Assembly: GCA_029261055.1 (NCBI GenBank)
Contig: JAJDCA010000038.1
Span: 9,619 to 73,618, forward strand
Length of the DNA stretch: 64,000 bases
From: Candidatus Omnitrophota bacterium
Lineage (GTDB): Bacteria > Omnitrophota > Gorgyraeia > Zapsychrales > Zapsychraceae
Reading direction: 5' to 3'
A program made the translations under genes and the position numbers. The notes under the pieces are model-generated. The model saw only the letters and a list, made by a program, of their open reading frames with translations, was not told the origin of the DNA and searched no databases. Shown piece by piece: positions 41,540-50,776 of the stretch (position 1 is the stretch's first letter; every line of letters starts with the position of its first letter).

Positions 41540-42377
41540 AAGCCTCCTTTGCAGATTGAGCAGCCTCCCACCCAATGATTGTTGATTTCCTTATTCCTCC
41601 CCAACGATACTGTCCTATTTCTCCGGTTTCTCTTATAACACGATGGCAAGGAATAATATAAGCGATCGGATTCCTTGCTATAGCTGTTCCAACAGCACGC
41701 GCAGCTTTGGGCTTGCCGATCATTTGTGCAACATTTCCATAGGATAATAGTTGTCCTTTAGGAATCTTTAACAATGCTTCCCATACCTTTATTTGAAAAT
41801 CTGTTCCTTTTATGTCTAAAAGTATTTTCTTTTCAGGAACAATATGTTGATTGAGAAAATCCTGCACTAGCACGGCCTGCCTTCCCTTTTTTTTAACTAA
41901 ATCCGCATTTTTCCATTGTGATCCCAAATAGCTAATTGCCTTTTGTTTATCATCAACAAAACCCAAATGGCAAATACCTTTTTGAGTCTCAGCGATCAAA
42001 ACATTACCAAAATTCGTATTATAAAAACCATAACTAATGCAAACACCTATTCCTTTTGTTTTATATTGACCTGGACTGACAGATTCAATTTTGACAAACA
42101 AATCATGTAATCTGCCCGTACCACTTAATCCCGCATCATAAGAAGCATCAAGTGTTGACTGTCCTTTATCCAAAAGATGCTTTGCATATTTAACAGTTAG
42201 AAATTGAACAAAAGATTTTGGACTTACGCCAGCCCAGTTTTCAAATAATCTTTGAAAATGAAATTTGCTCAAATGAACATATTGCGCAATTTCATCCAAG
42301 GGAGGCTGACTTTGATAATTTTTCTTCAAATAATTAATAGCTTTTTCAATACGTAAATAATTAATTGATTGATTCAT
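41532..42377 (-). CDS. ada: Ada-like AraC-HTH / O6-methylguanine methyltransferase
   Basis: LSKFHFQRLF..WAGVSP; GTDFQIKVW; IPCHRV. Confidence 0.9.
   Translation of the reverse strand: MNQSINYLRIEKAINYLKKNYQSQPPLDEIAQYVHLSKFHFQRLFENWAGVSPKSFVQFLTVKYAKHLLDKGQSTLDASYDAGLSGTGRLHDLFVKIESVSPGQYKTKGIGVCISYGFYNTNFGNVLIAETQKGICHLGFVDDKQKAISYLGSQWKNADLVKKKGRQAVLVQDFLNQHIVPEKKILLDIKGTDFQIKVWEALLKIPKGQLLSYGNVAQMIGKPKAARAVGTAIARNPIAYIIPCHRVIRETGEIGQYRWGGIRKSTIIGWEAAQSAKEAYE
41547..41580 (+). repeat. 34-bp direct repeat, right copy (within the ada 3' end)
   Basis: CTTTGCAGATTGAGCAGCCTCCCACCCAATGATT. Confidence 0.9.
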
Positions 42378-42465
42378 GTGCTAAGTATAAACAAAACAAA
42401 TGGCATGTTCAATCCGATTCTTGCCCTTTCCATAAAAAAGGATCCCGTTGGGGACCCTTATTTAT

Positions 42466-42510
42466 TGATTGCGGGAAGCGAATTTGAACCGATGACCTTT
42501 AGGTTATGAG
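42466..42510 (-). repeat. Degenerate tRNA-fMet 3' half (att-like), intron-less anticodon loop
   Basis: 40/45 identical to the spliced tRNA; begins at CTCATAA; followed on the minus strand by a hairpin (42433..42460). Confidence 0.85.
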
Positions 42511-42633
42511 GATGTTATATGACTTTTCTGATAGTTGCTTGTTTTTACTAATGTTTACTGCTGGTAGAGTTTACGAAGAATTAATTTGCTGGTGTTTGCC
42601 TGTTATTAGGCTTGTTTTATTACACATACGTTA

Positions 42634-43866
42634 TCACAAACTTATTTCAATACGCACACCAGCAACTAAAGCATCTTTCATTCCAATTACCGCCCCTGGA
42701 TTAATAACATATTGAAGGTCTGGTTGGATTCTTAATTGGTCATTAATTTGTACGTTATATGTCGCCTCAATGGTCGTTTCATAATCATCTCTTCCGCCCG
42801 CATCAACAATATCATCATTGATCATAGCATAAGCTACCGCAATACCTACCTCATCGTCATCTCGACCTGGAATTAAACCTTTATAGTTAAATCCCCCTCC
42901 AACATACAAATTCACTTCATTCACACGTTTATCATTCATGCCAAACTGAATAAATCCACCAAGCCCTTGATCTTCACGCTCTTCATAAATTTGTTTATCA
43001 ACAATTAAATATCCACCAATATTGTTATTACGTTGAATCGGATCACCGCTAAGATTCAAATCAACGACGTCATCAAAATCTCCAGTGTTATTCCATAAAC
43101 CTAATTTAATAAATCCTGGCAACGATTCTTCATGAAAATGATAGGCTGCTTCTGCTGCAATAAACACACCCGATGAACTATCTAAATCTGAACGAGAAAA
43201 ATGCTCACTCACATCAGGATCGCCTGGGTCTCCATCATACACAGCCAATAATAATTCCCATTGCTCGTCTAATAATGCTTTTATTCTAATTCCTGGTGCA
43301 GCCAACGGAAAAACCGAAGGTCTTGCTCCTGCTGAAATATCAGGTTGAACACCAAAGGAACTGTTAATATACAACCCTCCATATTCCGTAACATTAAACT
43401 CTGAGTTATAGTCATGGAGTCCTAACAAAACTGACAACTGTTCATCTAAAAAAGAATGCTGATACCATAACTCGTAAATACGAAATGTTCGTGGAGCCTC
43501 GATATTACTGACAGTCTGTAAGTCTCCTACAATTTCACCCGTTAATTTTTCCCCACCTGAATTATAAAGACTATAAAAAAAGAACTGTCCATTTTCCCAA
43601 AGACCTAACTTCTTTGTATCTATCTCTAAAGTAATATCCAAATTTGTTAAATAAGTATCCTCTCTTTTAATACCACCCTGTGTATTTGCAAAGTATTCCG
43701 CCGTATATACCGCTTCAAAAGAAATACCTTTATCCTCTAATTGTTTGCGTAATTCTTCGGCCCAAACTTGCTTAGCTTCAAAGATACCATGAAATGTAAG
43801 AATTAAAAACAGAATGGATAATAAGTAAAGTAATTTTTTAATGATATATGTCTTTTTAAATTTCAT
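42634..43866 (-). CDS. OprB-family carbohydrate porin
   Basis: GDLQTVSNIEA, YELWYQ, PGRDDD, IQPDLQYVINPG. Confidence 0.88.
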   Translation of the reverse strand: MKFKKTYIIKKLLYLLSILFLILTFHGIFEAKQVWAEELRKQLEDKGISFEAVYTAEYFANTQGGIKREDTYLTNLDITLEIDTKKLGLWENGQFFFYSLYNSGGEKLTGEIVGDLQTVSNIEAPRTFRIYELWYQHSFLDEQLSVLLGLHDYNSEFNVTEYGGLYINSSFGVQPDISAGARPSVFPLAAPGIRIKALLDEQWELLLAVYDGDPGDPDVSEHFSRSDLDSSSGVFIAAEAAYHFHEESLPGFIKLGLWNNTGDFDDVVDLNLSGDPIQRNNNIGGYLIVDKQIYEEREDQGLGGFIQFGMNDKRVNEVNLYVGGGFNYKGLIPGRDDDEVGIAVAYAMINDDIVDAGGRDDYETTIEATYNVQINDQLRIQPDLQYVINPGAVIGMKDALVAGVRIEISL

Positions 43867-44052
43867 ATGATGAGACAGTGTATCATCATTGAGTTAACCA
43901 TGTCAATATATTTTATTTTAAGATTTACCGTAGATTTGTTACATATTTGTTATCATTGATAAAACAAACCACATACCACAGCAACATATTAGATTTTTAG
44001 CTATTTATTAACAACATGTTGTGTAGTTCCCTTTTGATCCCCTCTCTCTTCA

Positions 44053-44068
44053 ACCTTCATATTATGAG
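44053..44068 (-). repeat. Short tRNA-fMet anticodon-arm fragment (att-like)
   Basis: ACCTTCATATTATGAG, 14/16 to spliced tRNA ACCTTCAGGTTATGAG; intergenic. Confidence 0.5.
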
Positions 44069-44147
44069 GGCGAGTGCTTATATTTTAAGTGTTGATAATG
44101 AAGCGGTTAGGATACTTGCGAATTTCGATGTGCCAGATTTGTGCTAT

Positions 44148-44660
44148 TTATGCTACCTCATCAAATTCAGAACGAAAGTGAACCACTCCTGAAAAAGAAC
44201 TTAGGTCCAGATCACTTAAAATCATAATCATAAATGCTTCATCAGGGACTTCCCATTTACAACGAACGCCATACATACTTGCGACCTCAAACCCAAATTT
44301 TGGATAATACTCTGAGTGTCCCAATACTACAACAAAGGGACATTTTCTATTTTTGAGTTCTTCTATTCCTTTCTCAATCAATTTCGACCCTATTCCCTTT
44401 TTCTGATATTCAGGTAATACCGCCATAGGAGCAAGCCCCATCCCTTGATCAATACCTTTTTTCGTCTCGACCTTAACTGGTGTAAAAAGAATATGCCCTA
44501 CAATATGACCATCTTCTTCTGCTACGAGAGATATTATATCCTTACAACTATTTCTCAATTTATCTACAAGGTCAGCTTCAATGGGTTGCTCAAATGCGGC
44601 AAGATTGACTTGTCGAATTGAAATTATATCCTTTAAGTTTTCAGTGCGTACTTTTACCAT
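44148..44660 (-). CDS. GNAT acetyltransferase (YhbS-like)
   Basis: LAPMAVLPEYQKKGIGSKLI, VLGHSEYYPKFGF. Confidence 0.9.
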   Translation of the reverse strand: MVKVRTENLKDIISIRQVNLAAFEQPIEADLVDKLRNSCKDIISLVAEEDGHIVGHILFTPVKVETKKGIDQGMGLAPMAVLPEYQKKGIGSKLIEKGIEELKNRKCPFVVVLGHSEYYPKFGFEVASMYGVRCKWEVPDEAFMIMILSDLDLSSFSGVVHFRSEFDEVA

Positions 44661-44710
44661 ATGATAGTAATACCAGGACCAGCTCCCGCGATCTTTTGTA
44701 TTGCTGTTCT

Positions 44711-45211
44711 TTATTCTGAATTAGAGCTTTGCGCCCTATCATTCATATCCTGATACAACCAAACCATGCGATCTAAAAACCAAGTCTTACCCATCATCGT
44801 AATCACTGTTCCAAATACCGTTAACCATACATGAAGAGCTATAAGACCATAAATTGCACAAATAAAACCAATAGAGGTAATCACCTTTATTACATTTAAT
44901 GCGCGTAAATGATGCTTAGGTATTTCAGTCTTAGATTGATTAAGAAATATTCTCTCGCCAAGCACGGCTTTTGAGGCCCAGTTATTAATAGAATCTGGTT
45001 TTTTAAATATACGCGGATTAAACCAAGTCCAAAAACATACCATGACGATAGGAATTAAACACATCCATCCTATCCAAACTCTTGACCAAACAGCAAGACA
45101 TAATAATGGCAAACAAGAATATCTCGTCCAGACACTCCATGGATTAACGTGTCTTTCCCAAACATCATCCGACATTTTAAATATTTTTTCTGCAGTTTTT
45201 TCTATATTCAT
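44711..45211 (-). CDS. DUF6653-like membrane protein
   Basis: WERHVNPWSVWTR, WASKAVLGER, KTWFLDRMVWLY. Confidence 0.75.
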   Translation of the reverse strand: MNIEKTAEKIFKMSDDVWERHVNPWSVWTRYSCLPLLCLAVWSRVWIGWMCLIPIVMVCFWTWFNPRIFKKPDSINNWASKAVLGERIFLNQSKTEIPKHHLRALNVIKVITSIGFICAIYGLIALHVWLTVFGTVITMMGKTWFLDRMVWLYQDMNDRAQSSNSE

Positions 45212-45303
45212 TATTGCTCCTCAACTCGTGCTTTAAGTGCTTGATTCATCAACTCAAAACCATTCTTTGTTTTATCTTCCATACTTCCCCATAATAATAG
45301 GGG
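45211..45303 (-). pseudogene. 3' remnant of an SRPBCC-family gene
   Basis: Hand translation PLLLWGSMEDKTKNGFELMNQALKARVEEQ*; no 5' part. Confidence 0.5.
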
Positions 45304-45474
45304 CCAGCTGTTAATGCTCAGTAATTAGGTAACTCTTTTGGTATAATAATAACAGCGTTATTAATTTAAACCACTTAAAAACTACCTCCTAAATAGGGGT
45401 ATAAGGGGCTAATTTTGAAATTGGTAAAAAAGAGCTGATGAAAGCAACTCACCAGCTCCTTTTACACGACACCT

Positions 45475-45930
45475 TTAAGAATTAAATCTTCCTCTAAAAT
45501 GATGCCTTTTATACCTTTGCCCATGCGAATGTTTTTTTATCTCCTCAACTAACTTCTTCCTCTGCTCTTGACTTAAACTACTATGAAAATCAGAAACTAC
45601 GCCAACAACTTGAGGAGCCAGTTCATCCACTTGGCTTTGCTTTCTCTCTATTATATTCAACACTTGCTGTTGATCCAAAGAGTCGGCTTCCAACAAAGAA
45701 ACAAATTCCTCTTTAAGCTGTGAATGGTCCCGATTTGTTTCATAGCGAAGGTTTTCAAGCTCCTTATGTAAAAGCACAAGCTTAGCTTTTTGCTGATCAT
45801 CAAGCTGAAGTCTTTTTGAAACAATCTTGATCAATCGATCATTCTTTGAGGAACGATGATCTCGTCCACAACCAGCAATAAAACCGCCAACGGCTATTAT
45901 TGCTATTAAAACTATCCATTTATTATTCAT
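45475..45930 (-). CDS. Spy/CpxP-family lipoprotein
   Basis: Lipobox IAGC, LQLDDQQK, LSQEQRKKL. Confidence 0.75.
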   Translation of the reverse strand: MNNKWIVLIAIIAVGGFIAGCGRDHRSSKNDRLIKIVSKRLQLDDQQKAKLVLLHKELENLRYETNRDHSQLKEEFVSLLEADSLDQQQVLNIIERKQSQVDELAPQVVGVVSDFHSSLSQEQRKKLVEEIKKHSHGQRYKRHHFRGRFNS

Positions 45931-45944
45931 GTTATTACCTCCTA

Positions 45945-46556
45945 TTAATTATTAGCTAAAACACATACTGCACAAACTGGTTTCAGATTTTTAATTTCTA
46001 CCTTTATATCCTTAAAGCCCGCCTCTAGAAGTTGGGCTGAAATTTTATTCCCTGCATCAATGGCATCTTGATTGGTTGATCTCGGCTTTCTCGGTTGAAA
46101 TGTTATGGCAATCGTGCCATCGACCTTTAGGATACTTTTCAAGTGCATGAAATATTCCACAGGTTTATCCCAGAACATCCAAACATTAACAGAAAAAATC
46201 TTATGAAAAGTCTCTTTTAGTAATTTTAATTCCTCGATCGATCCATTGATCAGCCTTGCCTTTCCACTTCTTACAAATGATGCATTTCTCCTTGAAGCCT
46301 GTTTATGCATAATTTCAGAGTGATCAATGCCTACAACACGACCTTTATTAAGTTTTTGACACACTTGTTCGATGCTTAATCCAGGACCAAAGCCTATTTC
46401 TAAAACTTTGTCATCTGGTTGTATATCCAATAAATTAACTGTCCAGGCATTACGAATACGATTGGACTGCCGATTGGCCATAATTGTTCCAGCCACTTCA
46501 CCCAAAAAACCACTCGGTCTTTTAAATTGAGCCATGACTCCATTCATCGAGTACAT
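45945..46556 (-). CDS. Class I SAM methyltransferase
   Basis: QFKRPSGFLG, VLEIGFGPG. Confidence 0.88.
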   Translation of the reverse strand: MYSMNGVMAQFKRPSGFLGEVAGTIMANRQSNRIRNAWTVNLLDIQPDDKVLEIGFGPGLSIEQVCQKLNKGRVVGIDHSEIMHKQASRRNASFVRSGKARLINGSIEELKLLKETFHKIFSVNVWMFWDKPVEYFMHLKSILKVDGTIAITFQPRKPRSTNQDAIDAGNKISAQLLEAGFKDIKVEIKNLKPVCAVCVLANN

Positions 46557-46557
46557 T

Positions 46558-47043
46558 TTATCCCTCCTTTTTGATTACTTGACTCCATTGCTCACTCTCA
46601 AAAGCTTCTCTTATACTTTTTAAAGCTTCAACCGTGATCACCAAATCCTTCTTTGTTACTGATATCCCAAATTTTTTAAGTATTTTTTCTTCCTTGGCAG
46701 ATAGAGAATAATAGAGTTTTTTTCCTTTTTCTGTCATGTTAACCAACTTTGATCTTTTATGAGCCGGATTAGGAATCAATTCAACAATATCCTTTTTTAG
46801 CAGTTCATTAATGATCACTTGAATATGCTGCCTTGATACCGGCCTCATTCTGGCCAACTCTGGGACAGTTAAGGATCCTTTTTTTTCTAAACTTCTTAAA
46901 ACTCCCCTTTGTCCTGCTTTTATCTTTTCCCTTCCATGAATATCCTCCACAACAGCCGCCAATCGATGAAACAGTTTTACGTTTTCAACGAAAAGCGATT
47001 GAAACAATTCGATAGATTGTTCTGTTATTTTTGTTTTTTTCAA
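46558..47043 (-). CDS. MarR regulator
   Basis: TVPELARMRPVSRQHIQ, NPAHKRSKL. Confidence 0.88.
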   Translation of the reverse strand: MKKTKITEQSIELFQSLFVENVKLFHRLAAVVEDIHGREKIKAGQRGVLRSLEKKGSLTVPELARMRPVSRQHIQVIINELLKKDIVELIPNPAHKRSKLVNMTEKGKKLYYSLSAKEEKILKKFGISVTKKDLVITVEALKSIREAFESEQWSQVIKKEG

Positions 47044-47100
47044 ATCCCACTCTCCTTTCTGTTGTTTTGTTCCTCCTTTAACTTACTCTCAATATACCAT

Positions 47101-47139
47101 ATGACAATATACTTGTCAAGTAGACAACCATATTGTCAT
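47101..47139. promoter_or_regulatory. Likely MarR operator
   Basis: ATGACAATAT...ATATTGTCAT with inner TTGTC/GACAA half-sites. Confidence 0.55.
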
Positions 47140-47395
47140 TAGTAATGTGAAAACATGTTATTTTAGAAGAATTCTAAATACTTCTTTTCTAGGGAAAATC
47201 GAGGGTAACTCGAAGAAGCTTTTAAAGGTCAACCGTCCTTCAGGCGATAAAGGCAAAGTGCTGTGCTAAAATTTTCAAGCTGGGGATCTTCCGTTCAAGA
47301 GAGTATTGACAATACAATCATTAAATAGTATATTTAGTTAATATAAAGTAATCTAAGTTAGTTTAAATGCATATAAAGACAATAATGGAGGATAT

Positions 47396-48154
47396 ATGGC
47401 AGAAGAAATTTTTACGACTCAAGAATTAGCTGAATATATGAAGGTTAATGAGAAAACAGTTATCAAACTAGCTCAAGCGGGGGATCTTCCAGGGTTTAAG
47501 GTTGGGAATCAATGGAGGTTTAGCTGGACTATGATTGATCGATATATGAATGGACACGTGTTTGATTCCTCTGATGAAAATATGGATATCATTCTTAAAA
47601 CTAAAGATCATATTATTCCTTTTTCGCGTTTGACGGATGAAACCATTATTAATTTGGATTTACGTGCAGATAGTAAGAGAAAAGTCATTTCTGAATTAGC
47701 ACGCATGTCACATACTGCAAGGTTGACACCTTCTTACGAAGGTCTTTATATTGCACTAGAGGAGCGGGAAAAATTGTTAAGTACGGCTGTTGGCCAAGGA
47801 GTAGCATTGCCACATCCACGTTTTCCTGATCAGATGACATTCAAAGAACCACATATTGTTATTGCCCGTTCAAAAATAGGGGTAGAGTATGATGCTCCAG
47901 ACAATAAAAAAGTTCATCTATTTTTTATGCCCTGTTCACAATCTCAATTTGTTCATTTGCGTTTGTTAGCAAAGATTTCTAAGCTTCTTCACATTCCTAA
48001 TGTTATCGATCGTTTTATGCAAGTAACAAGTGCGAAAGAAATTATTCAAATATTAATGGCGCTTGAACAGGAACATTTATTACCTACAGATGATACGAAT
48101 CATGTTCAAAAAGTGATTGATGAACAAAACGAAGTGCAGGAGAGGCAAAAGTGA
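47396..48154 (+). CDS. Excisionase-type HTH (HTH_17) fused to PTS EIIA(Ntr-like)
   Basis: FTTQELAEYMKV..GDLPGFKVGNQWRF; STAVGQGVALPHPR. Confidence 0.88.
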   Translation: MAEEIFTTQELAEYMKVNEKTVIKLAQAGDLPGFKVGNQWRFSWTMIDRYMNGHVFDSSDENMDIILKTKDHIIPFSRLTDETIINLDLRADSKRKVISELARMSHTARLTPSYEGLYIALEEREKLLSTAVGQGVALPHPRFPDQMTFKEPHIVIARSKIGVEYDAPDNKKVHLFFMPCSQSQFVHLRLLAKISKLLHIPNVIDRFMQVTSAKEIIQILMALEQEHLLPTDDTNHVQKVIDEQNEVQERQK

Positions 48155-48185
48155 AAGTATTTAGAAATTTCTTTCTCTCTCTTCC

Positions 48186-49289
48186 TCATAAAACTGCAGC
48201 ATTGTGATTTTGATAATCAGCATATCCTTGTGCCTCATGCGAATACCAATAGGTCATATCGTCAAAAGGCGTTAGTGGAGTATTGTTCTGAAAACGTTCA
48301 GGTAAATCAGGATTTGTAATGAAAGGTCGCCCAAAAGCAATCATGTCGGCATCCTTTGATTCAATTCTTTCTTGGGCCAACTCACGCGTATAGCCACAAT
48401 TTCCAATTATAGCACCTTTAAAAAGTGGCCTAAAATCCGCCAGCGTCATGGGTTCTCCCTTTTCATGAAATCCAAATGCCAGACCATCCATGATATGCAT
48501 ATACCCAAGATTGAATTTATTAAACTCTTGTGCCGTATAAAGGAAGGTGTCCCTATAGTCTTCACTGCCCATATCATTAAAAGCCCCATTGGGTGAAATG
48601 CGTACTCCTACGGAATCAGGATCCCACACCTCTAACACAGCTTCAATGACCTCCTTAAAAAAACGAAAACGATTTTCAATGCTCCCCCCATATTCATCCT
48701 CGCGAATATTGGTTTTAGATTCAAGAAATTGATTAATCAAATACCCGTTTGCACCATGAATTTCAACGCCCGCAAAACCAGCTTCTTTAGCATTCTTAGC
48801 CGCTAGTCGATAATCATTTACCGTCTGCTTAATTTCATCAATCGTTAAAGGACGTGGCACTTCGTAATCTTTTTCCCCGAGCGGTGTATGAATCTGATCA
48901 CCGTTTTCAATTTTAATGGCCGATGCCGAAACAGGAAGCTCCCCGTTATGAAAATCACTATGTGAAGCTCTGCCGCAATGCCATAATTGCAAAAACATCG
49001 GTGTCTTTGCCTCAGCCATTTTTGAAGTCACGCTCTTCCAGCCCTCAACCATTTTCGATGTATAAATTCCCGGCGAGTGATTCCACCCATTACCCTGTGC
49101 CGAAACTACCGTCGCTTCAGTAATAATTAAACCCGCCCCTGCACGCTGATAATAATACTCTGCCATCAAGCTGTTCGGTATCCGTTCCTCACCAGCCCTT
49201 CCACGTGTCATAGGGGCTAAAACGATTCGATTTTTAATTTTAAATTTTCCTAATTGATATGAATCAAACATAACGCTCATTGTATGCAC
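48186..49289 (-). CDS. Old Yellow Enzyme alkene reductase (NemA-like)
   Basis: APMTRGR, QLWHCGR, EIHGANGYL, FGRPFITNPDL. Confidence 0.92.
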   Translation of the reverse strand: MHTMSVMFDSYQLGKFKIKNRIVLAPMTRGRAGEERIPNSLMAEYYYQRAGAGLIITEATVVSAQGNGWNHSPGIYTSKMVEGWKSVTSKMAEAKTPMFLQLWHCGRASHSDFHNGELPVSASAIKIENGDQIHTPLGEKDYEVPRPLTIDEIKQTVNDYRLAAKNAKEAGFAGVEIHGANGYLINQFLESKTNIREDEYGGSIENRFRFFKEVIEAVLEVWDPDSVGVRISPNGAFNDMGSEDYRDTFLYTAQEFNKFNLGYMHIMDGLAFGFHEKGEPMTLADFRPLFKGAIIGNCGYTRELAQERIESKDADMIAFGRPFITNPDLPERFQNNTPLTPFDDMTYWYSHEAQGYADYQNHNAAVL

Positions 49290-49480
49290 TCTCCTTTTTA
49301 TACTGCTTGTCGTTTTGTGTGATAATAGGGGTTAGCTTACACTGACCCCGATTTTCGTTTTTTGGGCAACATCTGCCCGATTTGTTCTGCAAATTTTTTT
49401 GGGGAAATAAATGAGTTTATCTCCAATTCCTTCTTCCCCTTATAGTAGCCTCTTCTGATTTATTCCCAAGGCCTAGATTG

Positions 49481-50023
49481 CTAGACTATATTAATCTTAG
49501 ATGATTTTGCTACACCCTCTAAATTCTTATAAATATAATACTGACCAATTATCATACACACTTTATATTCCAAGCTTGATTTATTCCACTCATATACGGA
49601 TTTACTTGTTTCTGGATCAAAAGAAACTCTTTTCGGAATTGGGACAAATATTCTAGTTTCATCACAAAAAATAAAATGAAGCTGTTTAACTGTTACATTT
49701 CCTATCTTAAGGAATACCAGTTGAGAATAAGCCTTTTTATTTGGATAAACATTTGTCCAATCTTCTGAAAAATCTTTCCATCCTTCTGCTAAATGAATTT
49801 GAAAAGTATTATCATCTTCACAAATCCAGATTTCTCTATTTTCAATATGTTCTTTCTTCCACTTTGATTTTTCAACATAACGTTTAAAAGCTCTAAGATC
49901 ATTCTTTTTCTGGCTAATATTAAGGCCAGGAAGCCAACCTAAAAAAATTCCTTCCACTTCGTATCTCTCTTTAATCCAGTTAATTATTTTTTTCATAAAG
50001 CATACTTTTATTTTGTTAGACAT
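49481..50023 (-). CDS. Hypothetical protein (very AT-rich)
   Basis: 180-aa ORF with no recognised motif. Confidence 0.6.
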   Translation of the reverse strand: MSNKIKVCFMKKIINWIKERYEVEGIFLGWLPGLNISQKKNDLRAFKRYVEKSKWKKEHIENREIWICEDDNTFQIHLAEGWKDFSEDWTNVYPNKKAYSQLVFLKIGNVTVKQLHFIFCDETRIFVPIPKRVSFDPETSKSVYEWNKSSLEYKVCMIIGQYYIYKNLEGVAKSSKINIV

Positions 50024-50101
50024 ATATTATCACCAAAGATTTTACCACAAATAAGAAAAGCCAGCCATCGTTATAAAACGTTGATTGGGTTTAACTTATA
50101 T

Positions 50102-50137
50102 TGATTTCGGGGAGAAAATTTGAACCGATGACCTTCA
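50102..50137 (-). repeat. Degenerate tRNA-fMet 3' fragment overlapping the endonuclease stop codon
   Basis: 30/36 identical to 50777..50812, with a perfect 20-nt ATTTGAACCGATGACCTTCA. Confidence 0.85.
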
Positions 50138-50581
50138 TGAGGCTAAAACAAACTCCTCTAATAATCCCCACCGCTCTCGGTATGCGGAAGACTTTGGTTG
50201 TCTTTGCCTCTTGACACTCTCAACTATCGCAATGCTACTGGCATAACTATTGAAAATATCCACCGGCATAATATAAAAAACCTTTATTTCGTGAATATAC
50301 AAAATTGCAAAATCAAAATCTTTACTACTATATCGAGAACGTTGCATTACTCTTCTATTTGTCCTTGTCCTTCTATTGTCCACAAGATACATCGACTTTA
50401 ATTGGTTGTACCAGGCTGCTTTTACTTGTATGCGAATAAACGTGTTCCTGACTTCCACAACTAAATCATAAGGCAAACGATCTCCTAGTGGCTTCAGGAC
50501 ATTATACCCTCGGCTTAATAATTCTGTACTAACAGCTGATTCGGCAATATCGGCTTTAAGCTTTGTATCCATTTTTTTCAA
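50135..50581 (-). CDS. Group I intron-associated PD-(D/E)XK endonuclease (PDDEXK_5 / I-Ssp6803I family), free-standing
   Basis: TKLKADIAE..V..ELL.RGY.V.KP.GD.LPYDLV......RIQVK..W; RRTRTNRR; Y...DFDF. Confidence 0.85.
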   Translation of the reverse strand: MKKMDTKLKADIAESAVSTELLSRGYNVLKPLGDRLPYDLVVEVRNTFIRIQVKAAWYNQLKSMYLVDNRRTRTNRRVMQRSRYSSKDFDFAILYIHEIKVFYIMPVDIFNSYASSIAIVESVKRQRQPKSSAYRERWGLLEEFVLAS

Positions 50582-50688
50582 GAATTAAATAATGTAAGTT
50601 GTTGATCTACAAGATGTTATTTTCTGAGAATAAAAAAGGATCCCGTTGTGGGGATCCTTAAATGAAAACTGATACTCTTAGGAGTTCC

Positions 50689-50733
50689 GAAAGTGCACGA
50701 GTTGCTTTAAAGCATAGCAACTCGTGCACTTTC
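50689..50733. repeat. Perfect 18-bp-stem hairpin
   Basis: GAAAGTGCACGAGTTGCT-N9-AGCAACTCGTGCACTTTC. Confidence 0.8.
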
Positions 50734-50735
50734 CA

Positions 50736-50775
50736 TAAAAAAGACTCAAGCCATTACTGGCTTGAGTCTTTTTTA
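50736..50775 (-). terminator. Intrinsic terminator of the tRNA gene
   Basis: AAAAAAGACTCAAGCCA-TTAC-TGGCTTGAGTCTTTTTT. Confidence 0.85.
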
Positions 50776-50776
50776 T

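Noticed and set aside
46757-46765. TTATGAGCC match to the intron-less anticodon arm
   Set aside because: Lies in the conserved PAHKRS coding motif of MarR; probably chance
47276-47292. 17-nt near-repeat CAAGCTGGGGATCTTCC, also at ~47474 inside the HTH-EIIA gene
   Set aside because: Only one short pair; cannot distinguish operator, relic or chance
47396-48154. Excisionase of the tRNA island
   Set aside because: HTH_17 is fused to PTS EIIA, a known regulator architecture; no adjacent integrase
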